DNA of 64,000 bases from Rhizophagus irregularis (lineage: Eukaryota). Below the pieces are notes generated by a model. That model was not told the DNA's origin. It searched no databases and saw nothing but the letters and a program-made list of their open reading frames with translations. Below, one piece after another: positions 12,758-27,050 of this stretch. Both the position numbers and the translations under genes were made by a program. The DNA is taken from assembly GCF_026210795.1 (NCBI RefSeq), contig NC_089436.1, positions 2,170,001-2,234,000 on the forward strand, in the 5' to 3' direction. The stretch's first letter is position 1, and each line of letters opens with the position of its first letter.

Positions 12758-15700
12758 ATTGGCAACAATTTAGTTCGAAATTATAAGGCTTTTTTACTCC
12801 ATTGTAGTCCGAAATCTTTATATATAGTGATGTTTAATTTTTTTTCAATTACAACCTTTAATATCTTAATAATATAAAAATTAGATTTTTTTTAATTAAT
12901 TATTTTTATGTTAATCAGAAGAAATATCCTTTTCTTTTTAACATTGTTAATCAAAATAATGAAATCGCGAATTTATAATGAACACTAAACTTTTATTTAA
13001 CTATTACAATCAATAAATTTATTCACCGTTCAAACGTCATAAAAAATTTCAAATAGACTGATTGTAATTATTTTAATATAATAAAATAAATCGAGGTTTT
13101 GCCATTACAATTTACAAGTAAAAACATTCATCTAATATCATAAAAGTATTATTATTACTATTATTAATTTCATGAGTATATTTATCCTAAAAAGTGACTT
13201 GCAGTGTATATGAAATAATTATAAAAGTAAAAATATTAACGTTGAAATAGAAAGCCAACTATATCCTGCCAAAAATTTTATTGGTTAAATTTTTGACTAT
13301 TTACCATCATATTAACTTTTATTATATATTTATATAAAATACAGCTCAAGCATACTAGTTGCATTAAGTCTTAAACCCTATTTTTAAATGGCCATAAAAT
13401 TTAAAAAAGAAATATTATTTTAAATACTTGTTATATCTTAATATATTAGTTATACTCAATTTATACCACATTTCTAATATGGCAAAATTATCAATAATTA
13501 ATATAATTATAAATATGCAATTAAATACAATTCTCTTTTAATTTCAGTTAATAAAAAATAGTAATAAACATATTTAAGTATCCAAAACAAATATTTAAAA
13601 AATAATTGGTTGTAATATAAAAAGTAAAGATAATGATTTAAAATACAGTATATTTCAAATTTTAATAATTTAAATGAAAATTTATATTTTTATTAATTTA
13701 CAAATCAACTTATTTATTATATAGTCAACTTTTTTTATAATTATTTCACTTATAATCACAATCATTTATAAATTTTAAATATTTCAAATTTTCATATAAA
13801 ATTTATTTTATATAGTTATATTAAAATTTTATATTAAAAAAGTATTGCATATATATAATTATATAGTTAACTAAATAATCAATATATAAATTTGTAATAA
13901 TAATTTTCATTAATAAGTTTAATAGTCATATAATTAATATTGAAATTATTAAAATTATTAGATTACTATAAATTTGAAAATGATTTGCATATATAAATCT
14001 ATAATTTTGCAAATAAAATTTATAAAATGCAAAATTATAAATCACTTCTAATCTAATAGTTAAATTTTAATAAAATTTATATTATTAAAATATGTTTTTA
14101 ATGCTAATTTGTGGTAAATTTTACCATATTTTTTTAAAATTATCTGAAACGTAACTGAAAATATCTTTAATTAAATATATTGTAATGTAAGTGTCTATTT
14201 GCATATATGATTAACTAATAAGATATATTATTGATTATGTATTAATTATTATATAATCAGAATTTTTAGTGATATGTCTAACATGTGATTAATATTTTTC
14301 ATTAAAATTTTAGTAATAAAAGTAATAAATTAAGCTTTTTTCTTAAAAGATTGTTAATTTTTTTGCAAAAAAAAATAAAATTATCTACAAATTTACAGAA
14401 TTAATGTTATATGTAAAATTAATATTACATAAATATTACATTTTGATTTAATATATTTAAATAAGTGTTTCAGATATTATAATAGTTTTTGTTACCTAAT
14501 TTATTATAATTTTAATATTTTAATATTATATAAAACTTTATAATAAATGCAATTTATTTAATTAAATGTATATTTATTATATTATATTTGAAATTTTATT
14601 ATAAATAAATAAAATTACATTTAAATTGATAAAACTTTATATTTGCCTTATTTTTTATATATTACTGCAGTTATATAATATCTATATAGTAAAAGATCTA
14701 TAAATAAAATAATTATAGTACATTTTGCCAAAAGCCATTTTGCTGAAAGAATATTTCACTGACAAATAGGACTAACATTATGCAGAATTATAAATAATTC
14801 AGGCTAGATATTATTTTTTAGCAAAATGGCTTTTAGTGAAATATTCTAATACTCTATAAAATTACCACTATTACTGATTTTAATTATATTAATATATATA
14901 CTGTACATTAATCAACATTGTTTTAAACATTTTTTTTAATAATAACTTTTTTATATAATAAACATTTGTACTATTATCTTAATATTTCATTAATATTTTA
15001 TATATTATTATTAATTTTACTAAAATTCTGAATATTTTTCAAATAATTCAGAGGTAATGTATAATAAAATGCATTTTTAGTATTAATTCAGTTAATATTA
15101 ATACTAAAAATATAATTTATTACTATTAGATTTATCATCAAGACAAAAAAATTAAATATGCAATTCTGATTAAAAGTAACATATAAGTTTTATATAAATT
15201 CTAAATCATATAAGTTATATAAGAAATATTTAAAGTTTTACTTCACTTGTAATTTTATATATCACTCTTTTATTATTTGATATTTCTATAGCATTTTTGA
15301 TACTTTTTTATATAGAGCATCTTGAATTTTAATAATATGAGTGAAAGTCTGTAATTTTATTAATTAAATATTATTGTAAGGAATAATATTGCTGCTTAAA
15401 ACTTATTTAATGATAAAATTCAAAAATCTGAAACTCAAAAACTTTATTTTTAATAAAAAAATTGGTAAATTCAAAATTTTTCTAAATTATAATTAGTTTG
15501 AAAAAATATAAAAACAGTTTTGGCAATTAAATTTATTATAAAAAATAGTTTTAGATTAAATTTTAACTAAACTAAAATTTTGAAAAAATAGTTTTGGCAA
15601 GTATCCTTAGGGAATAATTTCATTATTATTTTATTATTCTCATTATTTTTTATATTACTATTATGATTATTACAATTTTTTTTAAATAAAATAAAATCTT

Positions 15701-15879
15701 TTAATAATTAAATTAATTTATTATTACTATTAATTTTTAAAGTAATATTAATAGTTATTTTAGCAGTTAAAAATATTACTTTAAATTAGTTTCTTTAAAA
15801 AATTAATTACTAAACATTTTTTTTATAACTAGATTTTTGAATATATTTTAAACTTTAAAAAAGTAAAGTTGCTGAAAAA

Positions 15880-17570
15880 ACTAGAGAATTTCACTATCCA
15901 CGTCAGAACTAATATTCCTATAATTAAAGATAAAAAAATGTTTCATTAAAAACATTTTATTAAAAAATTTTGAAACTTTAATTTTAAAATTTACCTGAAA
16001 TATTTGCGTCCACGTTTGAGTTGATTTCCTATACAAAAATGAAAAAAAATGTTTTAATATTAAAAAACATTTTTTTTTATAAAGTTTCAAATTTTTTTTT
16101 TGAAATTTATCTGAAACATCGGTATCTATGCCGGAGCTGATTTTCTGCAAAAAAAAATAAAAAAAAAATGTTTTTTACGTTAAAAACATTTTTTTAAAAG
16201 AAAGTTTCGAAAGAGTTTTGAAACTTACTTAGAATATCGGTATCCACGCTGGAACTGATTTTTGTAAAAAAAAATAAAAAAGAAACGTTTTTTAGTTAAA
16301 AAAACATTTTTTTAAGAAAGTAAATTTTTCGAAACTTTACCTAGAGAAATAGTATCCATGCTGAAACTAATTTCCTAAACAAAAAATATTTAAAAAAACG
16401 TTTTTTAGTTATAAAACGTTTTTTTTTTAAGAAAGTTTCAAAACTTTTCAAAACTTTACCTAGGGAAACAGTAGAGCTCCAAATAGGTCAGCCAAATTCA
16501 GGTAACCTGACCTGACCTGACCTGAAATTCAGGTCAGGTATGAGATTTTTAAAAAAAATTCAGGCCAGGTATGAAGATTAACCTAACCTGATTGACCTGT
16601 TGACCTGAAACTATTGATTCTACTATATAATAAAAGTGAGTTGCAGTATTGCGATTCACTTTTTTATATTAATTTTATATAATAAAAGTGAGTTGCAGTA
16701 TTGCGATTCATTTTTTTATATAGATTCTATATAAAAAAAGTGAGTTGTGGTATTGCGACTCACTTTTATTATATAAAATCAATATAAAAAAGTGAATCAC
16801 AATACCACAACTCACTTTTTTTATATTAATTCTATATAAAAAAAGTGAATTGCAGTATTGGGATTCACTTTTTTATATGATTTAAATATAAAAATGTTGA
16901 ATCGCAATATTTCGAGAAAAAACGTTGCGAAAACGTTTTTTCATAATATTATATTAAAAAAATGGTTCATAACGTTTTTTTTGATATTTCAATAATAACG
17001 TTACGAAAATATTTTTTTCATAATATTATATTAAAAAAAACATTTTGCAATATTTTTTTCAATATTTTAATAAAAAACGTTGTAAAAACGTTTTTTTCAT
17101 AATATTATATTAAAAAAAAAAAAGTTTTGTACCATTTTTTTTCAATACTTTAATAAAAATAGTCCTGAAATTTTTCAGGTTTCAGGTCAGATCAGGTCAA
17201 ACAGACAACCTGATATAACCTGACCTGACCTGACCTGAAAAAAAATTTCAGGTCAGGTTTATCAATTAATCTGACTTGACCTGACACATTTGGAACTCTA
17301 AGAAATGGTATTCATGCCAGAACTAATTCCCTAAACAAAAAATATTATTAAAAAGACATTTTTTAGTAAAAAACGTTTTTTTTAAGATAGTTTTGAAATT
17401 TTTTTGAAACTTTACCTGGAATATCGGTATCCATGCTGAAACCGATTTCCTATATAAAAAATGTTAAAAAAAAAACATTTTTTAGTATTAAAAACGTTTT
17501 ATTAAAGAAAGTTTCAGAATTTTTTTTTGAAACTTTATCTGAAATATCAGTATCCACGTCAGAACCAATT
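15880..17570 (-). repeat. Tandem array (~8 units of ~115 bp) of intron/34-nt micro-exon modules
   Basis: Example on the - strand: tttatatag|GAAATCGGTTTCAGCATGGATACCGATATTCCAG|gtaaag (exon 17416-17449). Interrupted by a hAT MITE. Confidence 0.8.
16472..17300. mobile_element. hAT MITE, family TAGAGTTCC (copy 2, longer variant)
   Basis: Ends TAGAGCTCC / GGAACTCTA; TSD GGAAACAG/AGAAATGG (both derivable from GGAAACGG); inserted in a micro-exon. Confidence 0.8.
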
Positions 17571-18029
17571 AAACAAAAAAACTATTTTGAGAAAAAAAGA
17601 TTTTTTTTTTGAAATAGTTTAAACTATTATTAATAGTCTAAATTCAGTAATAGATCAACTAATTACTGTAGCTGCAGCTTAGTACATTATATGTTACTAA
17701 TCTGCTAAAATTTTGCCATTATTGATATTAATTAATTAAAAAATCGTTTAAAAATTGTCAAAAAAGTTTTTAAGTTAATTGTTTATTATTAATAAAAATC
17801 AATAAAAAAAATATTAGTTGATTTATGGTTTTTTTTATGTTACAACTCAACTAAAAATCAACCAAAAATCAACCAGTTGATTTATGCCAATTTTTTTCTA
17901 ATTTTTGTAATTAGCCGAATGTATGACGAATCATAGATTGATTTGCCGAATTGTTGCTGAAAGGTTTTATTGACGAAATAAATGATTTCGATCAGTAAAA
18001 CGTTAGTGAACATTCGTTTAAATAAAAAA

Positions 18030-19590
18030 GAAACCTAAAAATTTGAAGGTTTTAACTTTGATATAGGAGTCTGGAACTCAGTTTTAACTTCCTTTACTTA
18101 AAAAAAGAAATACAAATATTAGTTAACGTTCATCAATAAAATACTAAAAAAAAATAAATGTTCAAAGAGTTTTTACCTTTGATACGGAAGTCCAGAACTT
18201 GTTTTAGCTTCTTTTACCTAAAAAAAAGAGACAAAACATTAGAAATATTTTGTCAATAAATTAATTTAAAAAAAATCAATTTTTTGAAGGTTTGTTTTAC
18301 CTTCGATAGAAGTCCGTTACTTGTCTTTCAGCTTTCTTTACTTAAAAAAAAGATATAAAACGTTAAAAACATTTTGTCAATAAATTAATTAAAAAAAAAA
18401 CAATTTTTTGAAGGATTTTTACCTTTGATATGGAAGTCCAGAACTTGTTTTGGCTTTTTTTTATCTAAAAAAGAGAGACAAATATTAGAAACATTTTGTC
18501 AATAAATTAATTTAAAAAAAATTAATTTTTTCAAAGGGTTTTTACCTTCAATACGAAAGTCTAAAATTTGTTTTGACTTCCTTTACCTAAAAAAAAAGAG
18601 ACAAAACATTAGAAATGTTTCATCAATAAATTAATTTAAAAAAAATTAATTTTTTCAAAAGTTTGTTTTACCTTTAATGGAAGTTCATTATTTGTCTTTT
18701 GGCTTCCTTTGCCTAAAAAATAAGATGAAACATTAGTTAACATTCATCAATAATTAATTTAAAAAAACAATTTTTTAAAGGTTTTACCTTCAAAATTGAG
18801 TCTGGTGATATTCTGAACATACAAGAAAAAGAAATGAAATGTTGACATTTTGTTATATAAATAAAAAAAATCAATATTTTGAAGTTTTACTTTTGAAAAT
18901 AAGTCTGGAGCCTTACTTTGATGTTCAGGACCTAAAAACATGAAAAATGAACATTAGTTACATTTATTAAAATTATAATATAAAAAAAATTTGAAGGTTT
19001 TTACCTTCAAAAAAAATAAAGTCTGAAGCCTTACTTCAGCGTCTAGAACTTAAAAATATGGAAAACAAACTTTAGTGATATTCGTTAAATAAAAAATTAT
19101 TATTATTTTTTTTTAAATAAATTAAAGATTCAGAAGTTAATATACCACTAATATACCTTTGAATTTCAAAATCATTGATAGGTTTCATCCAGAACCTATA
19201 TAATATAAAAAAAAATTATAGTTTTTTTTAAAAAAATAAATTAATATTCAGAAGTAAGCATATCTTTGAATTCCAAAATCATTGATAGCTCCATCTGGAA
19301 CCTATATAATATAAAAAAAAATTATATTTTTTTTTAAAAAATAAATTAAGATTCAGAGGTAAATATACCTCTAAATTCCAAACTAAACATTAATAGGTTC
19401 CATTCAGAACCTATATAATAAAAAAATTATATATTTTTTTAATAAATTACTAATATTCAGAGGTAAGTATACCTCTGAATTCCAAATAAAATCATCAATA
19501 GGTTTTATCTGAAATCTATATAATATTAAAAAAAATTATTTTTTTTTTTAAAAAATAAATTATAATAAGATTTGGAAGTAAGCATACCAG
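18030..19590 (-). repeat. Tandem arrays (~13 units of ~120 bp, two sub-families) of intron/micro-exon modules
   Basis: Example: ctaatgttttgtctcttttttttag|GTAAAAGAAGCTAAAACAAGTTCTGGACTTCCGTATCAAAG|gtaaaa (41-nt exon 18177-18217). A second unit type occupies 19120-19590. Confidence 0.8.
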
Positions 19591-19866
19591 GACCCTGAAC
19601 ATTACTAAAACAACTCAAATTCCATGTAACTAAAATTTTAAAATGCGATATCTCAGTTAATATTATACCTCAAAAGACGAATTATATATCAAAATGTTCG
19701 TTTCAATAAGACGAATCTAACAAGCCAAAGATCATTAAAATCCAATCACTAGATCCCAAATTTGAAGCTAAAATCTACATATAACTTTATATATTTGAAA
19801 CAGAAATTAATTATAAGGTTTATACAAATTTAAATCCAAGTTTTTTTAGTAATGTTCAGGGTTCTA
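19588..19866. mobile_element. CAGG-ended MITE carrying the palindromic module
   Basis: TIR CAGGACCCTGAACATTACTAAAA / TTTTAGTAATGTTCAGGGTTCTA; no TSD recognisable. Confidence 0.7.
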
Positions 19867-20875
19867 GTAAGGTTTAGTATTAAATTAAACAATACATTGT
19901 AACATATCATGTTGATACATTGTTAATATTAACAATGTGTTTAATATTAAATAATATGTTTAGAATATAAATATTATAACAAATAAGTATAAGACTAATT
20001 TTAACCCAGGGTTGGGTGATTTAATCTACCATTAAATTTTATATAATTATACCAAAAAAATGCAAATTATATTCTAAAAAAGTAAATTTCATATGCAGAT
20101 TTATCATTTAATTATTCCTGAAATTTATGTCTTGATTAAATATAAAATACAATAGGATTTTATAGTACGTAGCAAGAATGATATCATTATGATGTAATGT
20201 TTATTTATATTTACACGAAACCACTTTGTCAATACAAGATACAATTATAAATATTTTTCGCACCCAAATATAACTTCATTAATAATATTTTTTTACTTCA
20301 CATATAAAAAAGAATTCACTTTATTATTTTGGAAAATACATAATTTTCTTGATTAAATATATTTAATATAGTTATCTTAACTAAATATAATCATTACATA
20401 ATTACCACTATTATTACTTACGTTACTACTATCTCAATACATATTTTCACGTCTAAATATATTTGTTTATATATATAATGGAATTGTCTTATAATAACTT
20501 TTTACAGAACTCTTTTTTCAGCTTATTTGATAATTGATATTGAATGGTTGTTTTCTTTAAAAACGCATAATAATAATGGAGTTTATGAGTTAGATAAAAA
20601 AATTCAACCAGAAGGATTATATGATGAAAAAGAATCAGAAGTTGTAGAATAATCAGATGATATGGAAAGATTGGATGTTATAAATGTATTGGATAATATA
20701 AAAGATGTGGATTTATATGATGATGATGATGATATAGAAAAAGATTAATTAGAATTGAAGTAAGAGATGCTATTTGATACATGGGAGATTGCCAAAACTT
20801 ACCTTGAAAATTTTGCAAAGCAAAAGGGATTTTTTTTTTCTTAAAAGAAGATGTGCAATAAATACTATTAACAAT

Positions 20876-21395
20876 ATCAGGAAATTTGTTTAGGCGTAAT
20901 TTAGTGTAATATTTCGAAGGTAGTGTAAAATTTCGAAATATTACACTAAAAACGTAATATTACAAAAGTTTACGCTCTTAAATTTGAATAATTATAGTAA
21001 TTTAAGAATATCTCGCTATCTACTGATCCAATCAAGACGATCTATAGCTCATTGGAATCAGCTCATCAAGACGGATCGAATGGTAGTAAAATCGCATTTC
21101 TACAGTTGATAGAACGCTCTATAGTATGCAGTAAAGTTTTAAATTAATAGAAAGTCATCTATCAAACATAAAGATACGATTTTACTACCATTCGATTCGT
21201 CTTGATGAGCTGATTCCAATGAGCTATAGATCGTCTTGATTGGATCAGTAGATAGTGAGATATTCTTAAATTACTATAATTATTCAAATTTAAAAGCGTA
21301 AACTTTTGTAATATTACGTTTTTAGTGTAATATTTTGAAATTTTACACCACCTTCGAAATATTACACTAAATTACGCCTAAACAAATTTCCTGAT
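20876..21395. mobile_element. Fold-back MITE with ~220-bp TIRs, each containing the palindromic module
   Basis: ATCAGGAAATTTGTTTAGGCG...CGCCTAAACAAATTTCCTGAT; flanks CAAT/GAAT; removing it restores the MULE frame (INNTIVRKRTFEC). Confidence 0.9.
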
Positions 21396-21441
21396 GAATA
21401 CTATAGTGAGAAAAAGAACCTTTGAATGTTTTCATTCACAT

Positions 21442-22081
21442 TGTTATCCTGTCAACGATTAAAGCCGACTGAAAAACTTTAACGCTTTAACAGGTTAACT
21501 GGAGTTTAACTTAATAGGAGAGTCTTAAATTGATCACGAATAATCACGTGAAATAACGTTGGATGTTCAGTTAAAGAAAATAGGTTTTTATTAAAATAAT
21601 GTAAGATTTTAGATACGACGAAAAATATAGATAATCTCTTAGTTGCGAAATTAACTATCTTGAATTATACTACTGGGAATAATACTCTTTTCGTATAACT
21701 TGAAAACTACAATATAATTCTTAACTAACTAACTGACCTTCCCTTACTTGGTAAAATCCTATCACTATTTATAATAAAATAAAAATCAAGAATATTTGAT
21801 AAAATAAATAAATCAAATATAATAAATAAATAAAATAAATAAAATAAAATAAATAAATAAGATAAAATAAATATATCAAATAAATAAAATATAACAAATA
21901 AAATAAATAAAATTAATAAAATAAATAAATCAAATATATCAAATTTATCAGATTTATTAGATTTATCAAATAAATCAAGAAAATCAAGAAAATCAAGAAA
22001 ATCGAAAAAATCAAGGGATCTACGAAATGATCTACAAAATTGATCTACATAAAATTACTGCGCCACATTTCTATTTTAACA
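21442..22081 (-). mobile_element. Solo LTR of the Gypsy family at 27051-36487
   Basis: TGTTATCC...TTTTAACA; near-identical to both LTRs of the full element; 4-bp TSD ACAT. Confidence 0.95.
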
Positions 22082-22095
22082 ACATCTATATAAAC

Positions 22096-22339
22096 TAAGG
22101 TTGCTTGTCTAAACCTCTTCAAAATCCTACGATTAGTTTCGTCAAAATTTTACTATAGATTTATTATAGTTTTGGCAGAGTTTCAGCAGTTTTGGCATTT
22201 ATAATAAGTTTCGGCAGTTTCGCCTTTCTCCAAAGTTTCGCCAGTTTTTTAATATAACTTTAATATAGTTTTGGCAGAATTTCGCTTTTCGGCGAAACGC
22301 CATCTTGCCTAAACCCCTAAGTTTCGGCAAGCAACCTTA
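22096..22339. mobile_element. hAT MITE, family TAAGGTTGC (copy 1, 244 bp)
   Basis: TIR TAAGGTTGCTTG; 8-bp TSD ATATAAAC. Confidence 0.92.
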
Positions 22340-25300
22340 ATATAAACCAAATAAGGCTATTTTAAAAGAAAATAAAAGAGATAAAAATTCAGAAATGATT
22401 TGATGTTCTTGACATATCAATATAGCTTTCCCTAAAATAGCAAAAGGTATTTAAATTAGCAACATTATTGGCAAGCATAATCATCCATTAAATCCTTTAA
22501 TTATAAAAATAGCACCAAAATTTTGAAAACTTACTAATGAGATACTTAAAAAGATCAAATTCTGGACGATTCATAGAAGAATAGGAATAACAAACAAATA
22601 TAACTTACTTGTTCTAATAAAGTAATTAATAGAAAAGATTTAAGCAATGCTATATAAAAGTTTAAAAAGCAAATGAAGCCAAATAGAAATGATACTTACT
22701 AAATGCTTAATAAGTTATATTTGAAGAAAGAAAATAATCTAGTGTGGATAGTAAAACTGCATTTTGATTATAAAAAAAGGCATTTCAATTCATTATTTTG
22801 GATAGCTTCTGATCAAATTATTGCTTATGAGAGATATCATGATGTTATAATAGTTGATACAATATCAAGAACAAATCAATTTGACATGATATTAATGTTA
22901 TTCACAGTTGTTGATAATAACTTTAGAAATCTGATAGTACTAGCAGCGGTTCTTTTAGAAGATGAAATTGAGGAAACATTTGCTTGTGTTTTGCAAGAAT
23001 TGAGAAGTTCTTGTGAAGTCATACCAACAGTATTATATTCTGATGCTGATTCAGCGTTAATATCTACTATTAAAAATAATTATCAAGACACCTGCTATTT
23101 CCATTGTATATTTCATATTGACTTAAACTTGAGAAAAAGTTTAAAGGAAAATTATGTGATCAATTTGAAGATTTTCATGCCAAATTTCTAAAAATGCACA
23201 ATTTCTTATGTTATAATCAATTTGAAATTCAATGGAATATAATTAACGAATATTCTGAATGTTAACAATATTTTACATGAGTTTTGTATTTTTGCAAAAC
23301 TAGTTGGGTTAGTTATACTATTAATTAGAATTTTATTGTAAATGTGCAGAGTTCTTAATATGCTGAAATATCTAATAAGTTAATTAAAGAAAAACTTAAC
23401 TGAACATCATAATTAACTGATATTGTTGAAGAAGTTTAAGCTATATTTGATAAACAATCAAAAAAAAGCAATATTAACTGAATGTATAAATGAAATTCCA
23501 ACTAGAGGTTTGCCAAGTATAATAAATAAGTACTTTTCAGAATTAGATATGAAATTACAAGAGTATCTTATACCACAAATACTTCAAAAACAACAGGACC
23601 AAATAGCACAATCACTCTGTTATGATGTTATATTAGTTGATAATGATTGGTTATTCTTATTGGAAATAAAAAATTTTTTAAAAAAATGTATATTTTGTCT
23701 TGAGCAAAATGCATATTTTTTTATAAAAAATTGATGATCATGTGAATTATGTGTTACGTATATTACATGTTTGATGAGATTGATAATCAAAAAAATATAC
23801 AGATATTGCCAGAAAAAATAATTATAACCAACCTTAATCATTACTTTTTTCATCACTTAATAATATTGCAATACATAATGTTTAAGAAATATGGAAAGTG
23901 AGTAGATATTATACTCAACAGTCCACATCTCAATATGTGATTATACTTGATGATGGGTCACATTTATGTACATGTCTTTGGCTTATTAATCATGGAATTG
24001 CATGCAGACATTTTTTTCAAGTTATATCTTATTCATCCAATACTCAATTCCTTATTTTACAACATTGGTATAATGATAAGAAATATCATATTAGTCGACA
24101 AAAACATTATTTAATACTAACTTATCAAATCAAAAAAAATGAAAGATATTTTTTTTGTCTCAATCGTCATTTCAGCATCTTGAAAAGGTTAGGCAAATGC
24201 CTAATATTAGACAATTGTAAAAGTTCTATGATAAATTTGTATTGTACGTTTTGCATAAAAAAGCACTTGACTACGCTATACAGATAAACTTAATGCTTGA
24301 AAATTTTATTAAAAGGTAAAAGAAGAACTATCTAATAATAAAGAAAATATTGATAATATTGTTAGAGATTTGATACAAATCAAGTATAAAGAAAGACAAC
24401 TTAATAGATACAAATCAAGGAGCGAACTTTCATAAAAAAAGAAACCCAAAACTATTAGAGATATTACAAATGTAAATGATCAACATTTTGGACCAGTAAT
24501 TCAAGATTCCAGTAATTAAAAATATGTGAGATATTGTCAAAAATGTAAGAAAACTGGTCATTATGCTCTACGATGTCTAAATAAATAAAATTTATATAAA
24601 ATGCAGTGTTCAATACTTTCTTGTTTGGATTCAAGTTTGAAGATTTCACAACCTTGATATTTTTGGGATTGCAGATTCTTGGCAATTTTTAGAAACTTAG
24701 TGTCTTCTTTTTTTAATAGATTTTTACTAGTAATAGGTAGTGATAGGACCCGCTTATTTATAATAAAGGTCACCGTAACTCTAAGGTAAAATCACTAAGA
24801 AAATTTTGATGATCCTATTAATATAAATAATAGATAAATTATATCTAAAAAAGGAAATATTACACTGCATTATTATGATTTTTTTCCTTTTAAATCAATT
24901 AACCAATAATATTAAGAATTGAAGTAAAATAAAATTACTAGTATATTTGAAATTTTTTCTGGAAACCTTTATTAGAAATAAGTGGGATCCTGCAGTGATG
25001 GTTCTTGGGTCTTATATTTTGGAAATATCAAGGATTATTATATAGTTTAGTGTAGTACACTATAGCTTAGCTTTTTAGATAGAATGATTATTAATTATAA
25101 GGATGCTTTATTCTTTGGATAAACATCTCTAAGTATTTCAAAATTAATATTACTGTATTACAGTGTTATATATCCAATAAAAAAATGTGTTACTTATTCA
25201 AAAAAAAAAATCTATATGAAGTAAAACAAATAAATTTTTTTTAAAAAAAATTTTAAGATTAATAAAAATTTCAGATAATTGGCTAAAAATTACATAAAAT

Positions 25301-27050
25301 GTAAATTTTTAGAAAGGGTGATTTAACCTGGATGATTTAACCCAGAGGGAGGGAAGGGAGGACAAGTTAGCAAAACTCAATAAATAAATAAAAATTATCT
25401 TAATAATTTTAATGTAATTAAGTGTAATACTACATTATTTAGTATAATTGCAGTATTTTTTAGTGCAATACCATATAATCTAGTATAGTGCTACATTTTT
25501 TAGTGTAATTTAATGTAATGTACATTAGTCAAAATAGGACAATTCAGCCTAAATTTAATTAGGTCGAATATAGCTAGGTCAAATGATGATCTAACTTGTG
25601 TCAAATTGAAGTCAAATTTTTGGGCATATTTAAGGTGCCAATCATCTTATATTCAGAAAGGATATTTGACTAACATTAGACCTTAATTTTACTATCATTT
25701 AACTAGAATTAATAATTTATTAGTAATTTATTAGACTTGAATTTTAAGCCAAATTATAGACTATTGGTAGTAAATTTTTTACTGAAATGTTTCCGAATTT
25801 ATTCATTTTATTAAATATTTACATTATATTACAAATTATGCTATCTATTTTAATTCTAATCTATTTGCAAAATTCACCAGAAATTGTTCAACAAAAGAGC
25901 TGATTTTTTTTACAAAAAAGAAAATAATGTTAAAAAAAAGTATTAAATAGTGTTTTGAAGAAAATTTTAAAACTTACCTGTATTCATTAAATATTCCAGA
26001 TTCGGCTATCTAAGGAACTGATATCTATAAAAAAAAATAAAATTTTAAAAAAATAAATTAAAAAAAAAATGAAAGTTTCAAAATTTCAAATTAAAACTTA
26101 CTATATCGGTATATTCGAAGTCCTAAAGCTGAAAGAATCAATACATATAAAAAAAAGAAAAAAATTAAAAAAAAATAAAAAATAAAAAAACGTAAGTTTT
26201 GCTTCGAAACTTATCAAATTCAAATTTCAAAGTTAGTGTCAGCGCTCTACAAAAAAATATGAAAAGAAATGTTAATTCGTTTTTCATATTTAAAATAAAA
26301 AAATTCTCTTCCTCCATCCTCTTTCCCCATTTCTTATCTTAAAGTCCAGTTTTGTGTTCAAGTTGGCATCCTCTTACGCATCCTACAAAAAAAGTAATGA
26401 AAAAAACATAAGTTCATTTTATAAATTAAAGAAACCTCTTCTTTCCCTGTTTCTTACCTAAAGTCCAGTTTTGTGACCAATCTGGTGCTTTACAAAAGAA
26501 AAACAATGAAAAAGAAATGTTAATATGTTTCTTAAATTAAAAAAAAAATAAAATAAATTTTAAAAAGTTTTGAAGCAAAGTTTTGCTTTGAAACTTACCA
26601 ATTCATTCTAAAGTTCAATGTTGAAGGAACTGGATACCTATAAAAAAAAATAAAATTAAAAAAAATAAACTAAAAAAAATTATTATATTAGTTTCAAATA
26701 AAAACTTACCATATTGGCATAATAATAAAAAAACCAAGATTCATACTTATGAATCTTAGTTCTTTTTCAAAAGCTCCAAAAGCTAAAAAAAGAAAGAATA
26801 GTTATTAGTAACCATTTATAATATTAAAAAAAAATAAAAAAATAAAACCAAGATTCCTTATTTACGAACCTTCAGTTTTTTCCCATTTTTCTAAACATGG
26901 AAACCCGCTCAAACTCAAAAAAAAGAAAAGAACAGTTATTAGTAACTGTTCGTAATATTCAAAAAAATAAGAAAAAAAAATTAAGATTTGTATATACAAA
27001 TCTTTGGTTTTTTCCTGTTCTTCTGAACACAAAAGCACATCCAAACCTAT

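Larger units (their letters stand above)
20478..24590 (+). pseudogene. MULE (Mutator/FAR1-like) transposase pseudogene
   Basis: FAR1-like FDTWEIAKTYLENFAKQKGF and KRTFECFHS; DDE region HDVIIVDTISRTNQFDM, YSDADSAL, HCIFHI; SWIM finger HLCTCLWLINHGIACRHFF; C-terminal CQKCKKTGHYALRC. Many stops and three nested insertions. Confidence 0.9.

Noticed and set aside
15880..19590. Regularly spaced repeats as a CRISPR array
   Set aside because: Whole units are homologous (no unique spacers) and are bounded by splice signals.
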